Below are positions 38,555-48,191 of a stretch of 64,000 nucleotides of DNA, one piece after another. The notes beneath the pieces were generated by a model. It had not been told where the DNA came from, did not search any database, and saw only the letters and a list, made by a program, of their open reading frames with translations. How positions within the stretch are numbered: the first letter of the stretch is position 1; every line of letters begins with the position of its first letter. The position numbers and the translations under genes are program-made. The stretch comes from an uncultured Thermus sp. (GTDB taxonomy: Bacteria > Deinococcota > Deinococci > Deinococcales > Thermaceae): NCBI GenBank assembly GCA_947085095.1, contig CAMTVD010000012.1:1-64000 (forward strand), read 5' to 3'.

Positions 38555-39834
38555 AGCTGGGCCTTGGCGGCGGCCCAGCTGGGCCGGTAGCCGGGGTCTT
38601 GGAAGCGGCCGGGAGCCAGGGTCTGGGCCCAGGAGGGCAGGTCTTCCCCCAGCGCCCAGTGGGCCAGGAGCTCCCCCGCCCCTAAAGCGGTCATGACCCC
38701 GTAGCCGGAAAAGGCCCCCGCCAGAAAGACCCCGTCCTCCAGGGGCCCCAGGAGGGGGCGGTTCTCCGGGGTACGCACGTAATACCCCCCGTCCACCCGG
38801 GGCCGCACCCCCAGGTAGGCAGGAAGGCGGGGCAGGAGGGGAAAAAGCCCCCTTAGGGCCACCTCCCCCGCCCAAGAAGGGGGGGTGGGGTCGCAGTTCT
38901 GGGGAAGGGCCTCCTGGGGAAAGGGGTTGTAAAGGGCCAGGAAGCCCTCCCCTTCGGGCCTCCCGTGAGCCCCCGGGGGAAGGGGCCCGAGGAGGAGGGC
39001 AAGCCCGGCCTCCTCTTGCAAAAGGGCTTTTTCCTCGGGGCTGAAAATCTCCTGGGGTTCGTTCCAAATGATTAAGGGGGCCTCCCGGGGAAAGAGGCCC
39101 AGGGGATCAGGGAACCAGGCCTTGAAGTGGGGCTCGGCCACCACGGGAAGCTCCAGGCTCATGGCCGCAAGGAGCCCAGGAAGCCCGGGACCAGGAGCCA
39201 GGACCAGAAGGGAAAAGGGCCAAAGCTCCTCCTCTTCTCCCCGGCGGACCCGGGCGTAACGGGGCCGCCCCCCTTCCCGCTCCAGCTCCAGAAACTCCCC
39301 ATGGACCAGCCTTCCCCCCCTCTGGCGGAGGGCCTCGAGGAGGCCCATCCCCAAGCCCTGGGCGGAGAACCACCCCGCCGGGCGCACGTGCAGGGCAGCC
39401 CTTCCCCGGAGGTGCCCCAGGTAGGGAAACACCTCCCCCAGGGCCCCGGGGCGCACCAGGTCCAGTCCCCAGGCCGCCTCCTTGGGATAGGAGAGGGCCC
39501 TTTTGTGCACCCGCAGGGGCCCGGCGTGGGGAGCCTCCTGGGCCATGAGGAGAAGGGGCTCCTCCTCCCCCACGTAGAGGTAGCCCCGGCGGTTGGGGCG
39601 GGCCACGGCGGCAAAGCCCTGAAGGAGGTCCAAGCTCCGGCCCACCAAAGCCGCCAAGGCCTCGTCCCCCGGCCAGAAGACCCGGTAGCACTCCGTGGAC
39701 TTGTCGCTGGTGCAGGCCAGGGGGTCCCCCCGCTCCAGCACCGTCACCCGAAGCCCCCTCTCCGCCAGAAAGTGGGCAGCGGAAAGCCCCAGAATCCCCG
39801 CCCCCACCACCAAAACCTCGGGGTTGGTCGGCAT
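38551..39834 (-). CDS. FAD-dependent oxidoreductase (DAO / sarcosine oxidase beta-like)
   Basis: [27 protein letters not shown]. Confidence 0.85.
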   Translation of the reverse strand: MPTNPEVLVVGAGILGLSAAHFLAERGLRVTVLERGDPLACTSDKSTECYRVFWPGDEALAALVGRSLDLLQGFAAVARPNRRGYLYVGEEEPLLLMAQEAPHAGPLRVHKRALSYPKEAAWGLDLVRPGALGEVFPYLGHLRGRAALHVRPAGWFSAQGLGMGLLEALRQRGGRLVHGEFLELEREGGRPRYARVRRGEEEELWPFSLLVLAPGPGLPGLLAAMSLELPVVAEPHFKAWFPDPLGLFPREAPLIIWNEPQEIFSPEEKALLQEEAGLALLLGPLPPGAHGRPEGEGFLALYNPFPQEALPQNCDPTPPSWAGEVALRGLFPLLPRLPAYLGVRPRVDGGYYVRTPENRPLLGPLEDGVFLAGAFSGYGVMTALGAGELLAHWALGEDLPSWAQTLAPGRFQDPGYRPSWAAAKAQL

Positions 39835-39861
39835 TTGCCCCCAGGCTACTACACTAAGGCC

Positions 39862-40335
39862 ATGGACCTCACCCACTTCAAGGACGGCAAGCCCCACATG
39901 GTGGACGTGACGGAGAAGCCCCCCACCTTCCGCACCGCCACCGCCGAGGCCTTCGTGGAGCTCACCGAGGAGGCCCTAAAGGCCCTGGAGGGGGGCGGGG
40001 TGGGCAAAGGCGACCCCCTGGCCGTGGCCCAGCTGGCGGGGATCATGGCCGCCAAGAAGACCGCCGAGCTCATTCCCCTCTGCCATCCCCTGCCCCTCAC
40101 GGGGGTGGAGGTGAGCCTCGCGCTGGAGAAGGAGGCCAAACAGGTGCGCATAAAGGCCACGGTCCGCACCAAGGCGGAGACCGGGGTGGAGATGGAGGCC
40201 CTCACCGCCTGCGCCGTGGCCGCCCTCACCGTGTACGACATGCTCAAGGCGGCCTCCAAGGGCCTCTCCATCCGGGAGGTCCGCCTCCTCCACAAAACCG
40301 GGGGGAAGAGCGGGGAGTGGCGGCGGGAGGAGTAG
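39862..40335 (+). CDS. moaC: Cyclic pyranopterin monophosphate synthase
   Basis: [35 protein letters not shown]. Confidence 0.96.
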   Translation: MDLTHFKDGKPHMVDVTEKPPTFRTATAEAFVELTEEALKALEGGGVGKGDPLAVAQLAGIMAAKKTAELIPLCHPLPLTGVEVSLALEKEAKQVRIKATVRTKAETGVEMEALTACAVAALTVYDMLKAASKGLSIREVRLLHKTGGKSGEWRREE

Positions 40336-40364
40336 AGGTTACCCCGAGGGTGTATCCTGAAGGC

Positions 40365-40694
40365 ATGCGCCTCGCCATCGCCCTCGCCAAAAACGACCCG
40401 GAGAAGGTCTACCCCGGCCCCTTCGGCCACGCCCCCCGCTTCGCCATCTACGAGGTGGAGCAGGGGGGGATTCGCCTCCTGGAGGTGCGGGAAAACCCCT
40501 ACGCCGCTCTGGAGGGAGAAAACAAGCATGCCCTGATGCGGGAGCTCCTGAAGGACGTGGACCTGCGGGTCGGGGCCCGGTTCGGCCACAGGGGGTCCAT
40601 GGGGGCCTTCCCCCTGGCGGACCGCCTCGAGGTGGGCCCGGTGAGCGTGGCCGAGGCCCTGGAAAAGCTCAGGGCCCGCCAAAATACCGCCTGA
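40365..40694 (+). CDS. NifB/NifX family cofactor-binding protein
   Basis: PFGHAPRFAIYEV..RENP motif. Confidence 0.8.
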   Translation: MRLAIALAKNDPEKVYPGPFGHAPRFAIYEVEQGGIRLLEVRENPYAALEGENKHALMRELLKDVDLRVGARFGHRGSMGAFPLADRLEVGPVSVAEALEKLRARQNTA

Positions 40695-41607
40695 GGAGCT
40701 CTTTGGCCTCTGGGGGAAGGGGGGTGCGCTCCAGGTAGACCTCGGCCCCCCGCCGCACCTTTTCCGGCGGCCTCCCCCCGGGCCAAGGGGAGGGAAGCGC
40801 CCCTTCCCCGCCCTCTCCCCCTGGGGCCAGGAGGCCCTGGCCTGGGCCCTCCGGGGGGCGGGGAAGGGCCTCCAGGGCTCCCCCCAAGTCTGGGGCGGGC
40901 CCCCCGGGGCCTGGCTGGGTCCCCTGCTCCTGGCCTTGGGGGGGGACCGCCCCCTCCGCCTGTGGCCCCTGGGGTTCAGGACCTTCCCGGCCTGAAGGCG
41001 CCGCCACCCCTTGGTCCTGAGGGATAGGACCCTCAGGGCCTCCTGGCTGGCCCTCCCCAGGCCTCTCAGGGGCTGGCCCCTCCGCATCCCGCCCGGCCTC
41101 GCCTTGTCCTGGGGCTTGCTCCCCCTCCCCATCCGCCCGGATCCCGTCCTCTCCCCTTTCCCCGTCCCCCTGGGGCTCGGCGGCCCCTTCCTGGCCCGGC
41201 CTGGGGGCACCCGCAGGCTCAAGGGGCCGCTCCGCCCCCGGCGGGCCCCAGACCCCGCCCCCGTCCCCAGGCCGCCAGGCGGCAAGGGCCAAAAGGAGAA
41301 GAAGGGCCAGGAAGTAGGCCAGAAGGAGCCCCAAGGGAAAGGGCGGGGGCTCCAGGCGCACCCGCCTGGCCTCGGCCCAGAGCCTTTCCTCCCCGTAGGC
41401 CAGGGCGGTGGCGTAGGCCAGGCTCACCCGGGAGATCTCCCTTAGGGCCCGGCCCACAAAGAGGCGGCTAGGGAGGAGAAGGGCCAGGGGGGAGGCTAAG
41501 GCGAACCCCGGGTGGAGGAGGCCAAGGAGGGCGAGGCAAAGGGCCAGAAGGAGCCGGTAGCGCCAGGCCAGCCTCTGGGCGTAGCGGAGGTGAAAGCCGG
41601 GCTCCAC
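40669..41607 (-). CDS. Membrane protein with long Gly/Pro/Gln/Glu low-complexity linker
   Basis: N-terminal TMs, disordered middle, terminal ..ELLRRYF. Confidence 0.7.
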   Translation of the reverse strand: MEPGFHLRYAQRLAWRYRLLLALCLALLGLLHPGFALASPLALLLPSRLFVGRALREISRVSLAYATALAYGEERLWAEARRVRLEPPPFPLGLLLAYFLALLLLLALAAWRPGDGGGVWGPPGAERPLEPAGAPRPGQEGAAEPQGDGERGEDGIRADGEGEQAPGQGEAGRDAEGPAPERPGEGQPGGPEGPIPQDQGVAAPSGREGPEPQGPQAEGAVPPQGQEQGTQPGPGGPAPDLGGALEALPRPPEGPGQGLLAPGGEGGEGALPSPWPGGRPPEKVRRGAEVYLERTPLPPEAKELLRRYFGGP

Positions 41608-41614
41608 AAGGCCA

Positions 41615-43075
41615 TTATGGGGCGTAAAGGGCCAAGGCGCTCACCACCGGCCTAGGACTCCCCTGGTAGGGGCTTCTTAGCCGTCCCCTTACCCAAAGCT
41701 GGGCCGAGCCCCCGCCGTCCATGCGGAGGGCGTTCCAGGCCCCCAGGGCGAGGAGGCCCCGGGCCAGGACCCCCGGGGTGGTGGGCTCGGAGACCAGAAG
41801 CCAAAGCCTCCCTTCCTTAGTCCAGGCCACGGCCGCCTGGGGGGCCACCGCCTGGAGGGGCCTGGGGTCCTTGAAGTTCTCCTTGGCGGGGTCAAAGGCG
41901 TACCGCCCTTCCTGGACGAGGAGGGGCCCCCCCTCGAGGGCGTAGCGGAAGGGGGGGTCCAGCCGCCCGTAGAGGGAGAGGCGGTCCCCCTCCTGAAGGG
42001 GAAAAGGGGGAAGCCCCTTGGGGAAGGTGAGGGCCCAGGCCCCGGGAGGAAGGTCCTGGGGAGCGGGCAGGAGGGCCTGGACCCTCCCCCCGGCTACCAA
42101 GGCCACCTCCTCCCCCTCCCGGCCCACCGGCCCGGGGACGGTGTGGGCGGTGTGAAGGGACCGGGAGGCGTTCACCCCCACCCGCACCCGCTCCCCCTTT
42201 GGCCCCGCCACCACCGCCTCAAACCGGGGAAGCCCCAGGAAGAACTGGAACTCGTCCCACATGAGGGCCACCCGGCCGAAGGGGTAGGAGACCGCGACCC
42301 CCTCCTGGACCCAAAGCCCGATGGGGGTCCCCGTTTTGGGGTCAAAGTACCCCCCGTTGAGGACGGCAAGAGCCCCTGGGGCCAGGTCCTTGGGGAGGGC
42401 CCGCTTTAAGGGGGTGCCCACGGGGAGGAGGCGGCCCCTTTCCGCCTCCACCAGGTAAAGCCGCAAGGGCTCGGGGGTGAAGGCGTAGACCTCCCGGTAG
42501 CGCACCCCCGGGGCCAGGGCCTCCTCCACCTCGGGCAGGAGGAGGTGGAGGTCCAGGACCAGCCTGGGGGGGTTCTCCAGGGAGAAGAGGCGGTAGCGGA
42601 GGAGGCTTCCCGGGGCCTTGAGGGTGAGGCTGGTCCCCTGGGGCAGGAGGCGCACCTCCGCGGAAAGCCCCTGGGGCCAAGGGACGCTGGGAAGGCCCGG
42701 GACCAGGTAGGGAAGGCGCACCCTCAACTCCCCCTTCCCCACCCCCTCCTCCGGACCCCCGGGATGGGGGGCGGAGAGGTCCAGGACCACCCGGAAAGCC
42801 CTTCCCTGAACGCCAAAGCGCACCCCCGCCTCGGGGACCTGGAAGTAGCCCAGGACCTTCAGGGCCTCGAGGGGAAGCCTTTCCCCTTCCGGGGGTGGAA
42901 GGTCCGCCAAAGGCTCCACCCAGCCCACCCCGGGCACGTAGACCAGGCGCACCCCCTCCCCCTGGTAGACCCAAGCCCCCCCCTCCTCCTGGAAGCGGAG
43001 GCCCAAGGTGGGGGCGGAAAGGAGGGTCTGGCCCAGGGCCAGGGAGAGGAAGAGGAGGAGGGCGAAAAGCCTCAT
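41615..43075 (-). CDS. Secreted phosphodiester glycosidase (NAGPA/DUF2233) family protein
   Basis: Signal peptide; NPPRLVLD, LNGGYFD, GGPLLV, MDGGGS. Confidence 0.85.
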   Translation of the reverse strand: MRLFALLLFLSLALGQTLLSAPTLGLRFQEEGGAWVYQGEGVRLVYVPGVGWVEPLADLPPPEGERLPLEALKVLGYFQVPEAGVRFGVQGRAFRVVLDLSAPHPGGPEEGVGKGELRVRLPYLVPGLPSVPWPQGLSAEVRLLPQGTSLTLKAPGSLLRYRLFSLENPPRLVLDLHLLLPEVEEALAPGVRYREVYAFTPEPLRLYLVEAERGRLLPVGTPLKRALPKDLAPGALAVLNGGYFDPKTGTPIGLWVQEGVAVSYPFGRVALMWDEFQFFLGLPRFEAVVAGPKGERVRVGVNASRSLHTAHTVPGPVGREGEEVALVAGGRVQALLPAPQDLPPGAWALTFPKGLPPFPLQEGDRLSLYGRLDPPFRYALEGGPLLVQEGRYAFDPAKENFKDPRPLQAVAPQAAVAWTKEGRLWLLVSEPTTPGVLARGLLALGAWNALRMDGGGSAQLWVRGRLRSPYQGSPRPVVSALALYAP

Positions 43076-43109
43076 CCCTCCATGAAAGCGGAAAAGGGTG
43101 AGAAGGGGC

Positions 43110-45986
43110 TTAGCCCTTGACCACGATCAGGGGCCTGAGACGGGCCACCTTATTCCCGATCCCCGCCCCGTGGACCGCCTCCACCACCACCGAGACGTCC
43201 TTGTAGGCCTCCGGCATCTCCTCGTCCACCGTGGCCCGGGTGGCGGCCCGCACCAGGATGCCCCTCTCCGCCAGCTCCTTGACCAGGTTCCGCTCCCGGG
43301 CCACCTTCTTGGCCTGGTGGCGGCTCATCTTGCGCCCGGCCCCGTGGCAGCTGCTGCCGAAGGAAACCTCCATGGCCTTCTCCGTGCCCGCAAGAACATA
43401 GGAGTAGCGGCCCATGTCCCCCGGCACCAGGACGGGCTGGCCCACCTTGCGGTACTCCAGGGGAATCTCGGGGTGGCCGGGGCCAAAGGCCCGGGTGGCC
43501 CCCTTGCGGTGGACCAGGACCCGCCTCCCCTCGTGCTCCTCAAACTTGGCGTTGTTGTGGGCCAGATCGTAAAGGACCCTAAGGCCGTGGTCCCTTGGGG
43601 AGAAGCCCACCCCTTCAAAGGCCTCCCGCACGAAGTGGGCGATGAGCTGGCGGTTGGCGAAGGCGAAGTTGGCGGCGGCGGCCATGGCCTGGAGGTAGTC
43701 CTCTCCCTCGGGGCTTTTTATGGGGGCCGCCGCCAGCTGCTTGTCCACCAACTCTATCCCGTACCGGGGAGCGGCTTTGAGGAAACGCTCCACGTAGTCC
43801 TGGCAGACCTGGTGCCCCAGGCCCCGGCTTCCCGTGTGGATGAGGACGGTGATCTGGCCAGGGAAAAGCCCGAAGGCCTCGGCGATCCCGGGGTCGTAGA
43901 CCTCGTCCACGTACTGCACCTCCAGGAAGTGGTTCCCGCTCCCCAGGGTGCCGATCTGCGGGGCCCCCCGCTCAAAGGCCCTGTCCGAGACCTTGTCGGG
44001 GTTGGCCCAGGGGAGACGGCCCTCGGACTCTATGAAGCGGAGGTCCTCGGGGTAGCCGAAGCCCCGGCGGATGAGCCAGCCCGCCCCCTCCTTCAGGATC
44101 TCCTTGAGCTCCTTTTTGCTAAAGCGCACGTCCCGCCTTTCGCTTCCCACCCCCGAGGGGACCAGGCGGTAGAGGGTGTCCGCCAGATCGCGCTGTTTGG
44201 GGAGGAGGTCCTCGAGGGTCAGGTTGGAGGCGAGAAGGCGGACGCCGCAGTTGGAAACCACGAAGCCCTCGGCCACGAAGTTGTGGTCGGGGTGGGCCAT
44301 GGAAAGGTCGTAGACCCGCCCTCCGTGGGGGACCTGCTCCACCGCCACCACCCGGTCAAAGAGCATGGGGCCGGTGGTCCGGGCGAACTCGGGGAAGGTG
44401 GGGAAGCCCTGGGGGCGGAAGCTCGTCCGCTTTTCGTAGAGGGTCCGCTCCACGAAGCGGCGGGGAACCCCCAAGGCCAGGGCGATGCCCTTGACGCTCT
44501 GGCCCCCGCTTCTCAGGGCGCGCGCCTCCGCCGCCAGAGCCGCCCTCGTGGCCAGGTGGGCCGCCTTCAGGCGGAGGTAGAGGGCGGCCTTAAGGGCCAA
44601 AGCGGTCTTCGTGGGGGCGTAGGCGTAGCCCACCTCCTCGTAGAGGCGGCCCAGGTTCTCCGGCGTGGCCCGAAGAATGAGCTTGAAGCGCAAGGAAGGG
44701 TCTTCGGGCTCGTTCCAGTCGGCCTCCTCGCGCAAGGCCTGGACCTCGAGGCCCAGGGAGAGGATCAGACGGGCCAGATCCTCCATGAAGGCCCTTCCGC
44801 TTTCCCTCTGGCTCAGGCGCTTGGACTGGGAAAGCGTTGGGGGCGCCAGGTTATAGCCGTGGCCGCTCACCGCCCGGGGAGCCGAGAGCTCGGCCCCGAA
44901 GAGCCCGGCCAGGAAGTTGGCCCTGAGCCAGGCGGGGAGGTGGAAGAGCCACCGGGGAAGAGCGAAGGCCTGCTGGGCCTTGGGGCCCTCCGGCAGGCCG
45001 AGAGCGTGAAGGAGAAGGAAAAGGGCCCGCGAGGTGGCCTTGAGGGCCGCTTCCTGGGTGGAGAAGGTGCGGCCCCGGAAGCGGTGTTGCCGCCTCCTCA
45101 GGTAGGGCCCACCCGCCCGAAAGCCCAGGCGCAGGAGGTCCGCCTTGGCCTCCAAAAGCCCCCCCGCCTCCCCGTAAAGGACTAGGTAGGCCCGGCCCTG
45201 GGAGCGGTACAAGGTGCCGTCCCCCCAAGCGTACCCCAGGAGGCGGAGGAGGGCGGGAAGGTGGGGGTGGTGGGCCTTGAGGGGCAGAAGCCCCAAGGCC
45301 TTCAGGACCCTGGCCGCCTTAGGAAAGCCCAGGCGATCCCCCAAAGCCTCCACCTCTTCCTCCCCGAGAATCAAGAGATCGGGCGGCGGCTCATGGGGAA
45401 GGCCGCGGAAGGGGTGGACGGCCACCCGGTCCCCGGGCCCCAGCTCCCCGAGGGGCCGCATGCCCTCGGGGGTGTAGACGGGGTGGTCAGGGGTGGCCTC
45501 CAGGACAAACCCACCCTCCGTCCGCAGGCGGATGAGGGCCTCCCCTTCCCGGGAAAGCAGGAAGGCCGCCTGGGCGGCCTCGGGCCTTTCCCCAAGCCGC
45601 CAGACGGTGAGGAGGGGGGAGGTCTCCTCCGCCAACTCCTCTATGGGGCGGGTGTAGCGGTCGTGGAAGAGAACCCGCGTTCCCACAGGAAGGCAGTTGA
45701 TGTCAAAACCGACCCCGCCCGGGCTCACCACGCCCCCTTCTTCCGGGTCAAAGGCCGCCACCCCCCCGATGGGGAAGCCGTAGCCCCAGTGGATGTCGGG
45801 CATGGCCAGGGCGGGCTCCACGATGCCGGGCAGGGTGGCCACGTTCATGAGCTGTTGCAAAGAAGCGTAGCCCTCGGCCTCGAGGTCCTTCAGAATCTCC
45901 TCCGAGGCGAAGAAAACGGCATCCACCCGCATCTTCCCCTGCCTGGGGATGCGGTAGGTGTAGGGGGCGATCCTCTCAAAACGCAT
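43110..45986 (-). CDS. rtcB: RNA ligase RtcB, intein-containing precursor (958 aa; 476 aa spliced)
   Basis: MPDIHWGYGFPIGG, GVGFDIN|CGVRLL, GTLGSGNHF, HTGSRG, HN, HRKGAT, HGAGR, AYKD. Confidence 0.95.
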   Translation of the reverse strand: MRFERIAPYTYRIPRQGKMRVDAVFFASEEILKDLEAEGYASLQQLMNVATLPGIVEPALAMPDIHWGYGFPIGGVAAFDPEEGGVVSPGGVGFDINCLPVGTRVLFHDRYTRPIEELAEETSPLLTVWRLGERPEAAQAAFLLSREGEALIRLRTEGGFVLEATPDHPVYTPEGMRPLGELGPGDRVAVHPFRGLPHEPPPDLLILGEEEVEALGDRLGFPKAARVLKALGLLPLKAHHPHLPALLRLLGYAWGDGTLYRSQGRAYLVLYGEAGGLLEAKADLLRLGFRAGGPYLRRRQHRFRGRTFSTQEAALKATSRALFLLLHALGLPEGPKAQQAFALPRWLFHLPAWLRANFLAGLFGAELSAPRAVSGHGYNLAPPTLSQSKRLSQRESGRAFMEDLARLILSLGLEVQALREEADWNEPEDPSLRFKLILRATPENLGRLYEEVGYAYAPTKTALALKAALYLRLKAAHLATRAALAAEARALRSGGQSVKGIALALGVPRRFVERTLYEKRTSFRPQGFPTFPEFARTTGPMLFDRVVAVEQVPHGGRVYDLSMAHPDHNFVAEGFVVSNCGVRLLASNLTLEDLLPKQRDLADTLYRLVPSGVGSERRDVRFSKKELKEILKEGAGWLIRRGFGYPEDLRFIESEGRLPWANPDKVSDRAFERGAPQIGTLGSGNHFLEVQYVDEVYDPGIAEAFGLFPGQITVLIHTGSRGLGHQVCQDYVERFLKAAPRYGIELVDKQLAAAPIKSPEGEDYLQAMAAAANFAFANRQLIAHFVREAFEGVGFSPRDHGLRVLYDLAHNNAKFEEHEGRRVLVHRKGATRAFGPGHPEIPLEYRKVGQPVLVPGDMGRYSYVLAGTEKAMEVSFGSSCHGAGRKMSRHQAKKVARERNLVKELAERGILVRAATRATVDEEMPEAYKDVSVVVEAVHGAGIGNKVARLRPLIVVKG
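44250..45695 (-). mobile_element. Intein (482 aa) with LAGLIDADG homing endonuclease domain
   Basis: Block A CLPVGT, block B ATPDHPVYT, LAGLIDADG motifs LLGYAWGDG and FLAGLFGAE, block F VYDL, block G HNFVAEGFVVSN followed by Cys. Confidence 0.95.
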
Positions 45987-46072
45987 AGCGCCCTCCAAAA
46001 CAAAACCACCGGGCTTTCTGCCCGGGCCTGTTTTCAATCTACCCTGGTATGCGGTATGCGTCAAGGCTATGC
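45987..46072 (-). promoter_or_regulatory. rtcB promoter with direct repeats and hairpin leader
   Basis: TTGACG (46064-46059), 17 bp spacer, TAGATT (46041-46036); GCATA(G/C)C x3; leader hairpin CCGGGC-AGAAA-GCCCGG before GGAGG. Confidence 0.7.
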
Positions 46073-46096
46073 AGCCCTTTGGGGTAAAATCCCCCT

Positions 46097-47023
46097 GTGT
46101 CCGGCCTCGGCTTCGCCCTAGAGACCCACCCCGGCCTGAAGCGGTCCAAGAACGAGGATGCGGTGGGCCACCTCCTCACCCCCTGGGGTGGGGTTTTTGT
46201 GGTGGCGGACGGAATGGGAGGGCACCGCACGGGAGAGGTGGCCTCCCGCCTGGCGGTGGAGGCCATCCTGGAACACCTAAAGCAGGCCGAGCCCTCGCCC
46301 AAGGCCCTCCTCGAGGCCTTTGAGCAGGCCAACGCCCGCATCTACCAGGAGGCCCAGCGCCCCGAGAACCGGGGCATGGGCACCACCGCCACCTGCCTCC
46401 TCCTGGACCTGCCCTACGCCCTCATCGCCCACGTGGGGGACTCCCGGGCCTACCTCCTCCGGGGAGGGGAGCTCACCCTCCTCACCGAGGACCATTCCTG
46501 GGTGGCGGAGCGGGTGCGCCAAGGCCTCCTCACCGCGGAGGAGGCCAAAACCCACCGCTGGCGCAACGTGATCACCAACGCCTTGGGCTCCTTCCCCCAG
46601 GCCCGGGTGGACCTCCTGGGCCTGAAGCTCGCTCCCGAGGACACCTTCCTCCTCTGCACCGACGGGCTTTCCGGGGTGCTGGAGAACCGCACCCTCAAGG
46701 AGGTGCTGAAAAACTTCCCCCCGGAAGAGGCCGCCCGCCGCCTGGTGGAACTGGCCAACGAGTGGGGCGGCCCCGACAACGTGAGCGTGGCGGTGGTCCG
46801 CCTTCCCCCGGAGCTCCCCCAGGGCATGCGGCCCTACGCCCTGCCCCTGGAAGCGGCGGCAGGGGCTCCCGTGGGCCTCAAGCTGGGAGAGGAGCCCGAG
46901 GAACTCCCCACCCAGGTGCTAGGGCCCAAAGAGCGCCCCCGGGTGGGCTGGCGGGACGTCCTCCTCATCCTGCTCTGGGTCGTGGTGGTGGCCTACATTC
47001 TCCTGGGTTACTTCCGCCCCTAG
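46097..47023 (+). CDS. PP2C-type Ser/Thr phosphatase (Stp1/PrpC) with C-terminal TM
   Basis: RSKNED, VADGMGGH, GMGTT, HVGDSRAY, CTDGL, GGPDN. Confidence 0.93.
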   Translation: MSGLGFALETHPGLKRSKNEDAVGHLLTPWGGVFVVADGMGGHRTGEVASRLAVEAILEHLKQAEPSPKALLEAFEQANARIYQEAQRPENRGMGTTATCLLLDLPYALIAHVGDSRAYLLRGGELTLLTEDHSWVAERVRQGLLTAEEAKTHRWRNVITNALGSFPQARVDLLGLKLAPEDTFLLCTDGLSGVLENRTLKEVLKNFPPEEAARRLVELANEWGGPDNVSVAVVRLPPELPQGMRPYALPLEAAAGAPVGLKLGEEPEELPTQVLGPKERPRVGWRDVLLILLWVVVVAYILLGYFRP

Positions 47024-47045
47024 GACCTGCTAGACTCCTAGGGGT

Positions 47046-47459
47046 ATGGAGCGCACCTTCGTGATGGTGAAACCCGACGGCTTTCGGCGCGGCCTGGTGG
47101 GGGAGATCCTCGCCCGCTTTGAGCGCAAGGGCTTCCGCATCGTGGGCCTAAAGGCCCTGAGGATCCCCAGGGAGCTTGCGGAAAGGCACTACGCCGAGCA
47201 CCGGGATAAGCCCTTCTTCCCCTCTTTGGTGGGCTTCATCACCTCGGGGCCGGTGGTGGCCATGGTCCTGGAGGGTCCCAACGCCGTGGCCGAGGTGCGC
47301 AAGATGATGGGGGCCACCCACCCCAAGGACGCCCTCCCCGGCACCATCCGGGGGGATTACGCCACCACCATTGACGAGAATGTGATCCACGGCTCGGCGA
47401 GCCTCGAGGACGCCCAAAGGGAGATCGCCCTTTTCTTCCAGCCGGAAGAGCTCCTCTAA
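47046..47459 (+). CDS. ndk: Nucleoside diphosphate kinase
   Basis: [29 protein letters not shown]. Confidence 0.97.
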   Translation: MERTFVMVKPDGFRRGLVGEILARFERKGFRIVGLKALRIPRELAERHYAEHRDKPFFPSLVGFITSGPVVAMVLEGPNAVAEVRKMMGATHPKDALPGTIRGDYATTIDENVIHGSASLEDAQREIALFFQPEELL

Positions 47460-47471
47460 GCCCCCCGAGGG

Positions 47472-48017
47472 CTACCCTTCGCCCTCGGGAGGCTGGGGCA
47501 GGCTGGGGGCCCTTAGGCGCTCCCAGGGAAAGTCGTCCAGCGGGTAGAAGCGGTCGGCCTGCTGGGCCAGGCGGTGGGAGGAAAGGGCGTGAAAGGTGGT
47601 GTTCTCCACCTGCTTGCCCATGTCCTGGACCACCCGCACCACCTCGGCGAAGTCCCCGTCCCCGGAGACCAAAACGGCCACATCGTAGGCATCGGCGTAG
47701 GCCAGGCGGAGGATGTCTATGGCGATCTGGATGTCCACCCCCTTCTCCACGAACCCCTCCGCCCGCCGCTCCAGCCTCCCCAGGCGCACGGCCACGTAGG
47801 GCACCCGCTTCAGGTAGTTGAGGAAGCTCTGGTGGGCCTTGGCGGCGGGGTCCTCGGGGGGCAGGGGGGCGTTGTAGTAGTAGGCCCGCAGAAGCCTTCT
47901 ACCCGCGGTGAGGAGGGTGATGAACTCCACAAAGTTCAGCCGATAGTCCGAACCCAGGTGCTGCACCAACCCCTTGTAGAGGTTGGAGCCGTCAATAAAT
48001 ATGGCCACCCTTTCCAT
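47472..48017 (-). CDS. NYN domain (LabA/DUF88) predicted ribonuclease
   Basis: FIDGSNL, EKGVD, LVSGDGDF. Confidence 0.92.
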   Translation of the reverse strand: MERVAIFIDGSNLYKGLVQHLGSDYRLNFVEFITLLTAGRRLLRAYYYNAPLPPEDPAAKAHQSFLNYLKRVPYVAVRLGRLERRAEGFVEKGVDIQIAIDILRLAYADAYDVAVLVSGDGDFAEVVRVVQDMGKQVENTTFHALSSHRLAQQADRFYPLDDFPWERLRAPSLPQPPEGEG

Positions 48018-48141
48018 AATAGGCCCGCCCCTTTCCGGGCTCCTTCAGTTTAGCCCAGGAGGATGAGAGCGTTTATAGCCCACCGCCCTTTTGAGCGGTG
48101 GGGGAAGGGATAGGCCTTTTCTAGCCCTCTCGGGCGCGAAC

Positions 48142-48170
48142 ATGCTAACACAGCCTTCCCATGAGCGCAA
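48142..48170 (-). promoter_or_regulatory. Promoter for the NYN gene, implying a 5' leader of about 118 nt
   Basis: TTGCGC (48170-48165), 17 bp spacer, TAGCAT (48147-48142). Confidence 0.6.
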
Positions 48171-48191
48171 GATGAGTGAGGGCAATCCCCT

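Noticed and set aside
40669..41607. Collagen-like or tandem repeat array
   Set aside because: Gly/Pro-rich but no sustained Gly-X-Y register or exact DNA repeats
43098..45185. 695-aa plus-strand ORF and similar long shadow ORFs (e.g. 51689-53251, 13802-15232, 19293-20687)
   Set aside because: Antisense to well-supported genes; expected in high-GC DNA with few stop codons; no recognisable motifs
30570..48017. MazG, NYN, RtcB and PP2C as an anti-phage defence island
   Set aside because: The genes are dispersed among housekeeping loci, in different orientations, with host-like composition
48018..48190. 6S RNA, SRP RNA or tRNA in the NYN-folB gap
   Set aside because: No diagnostic motifs or long rod structure recognised
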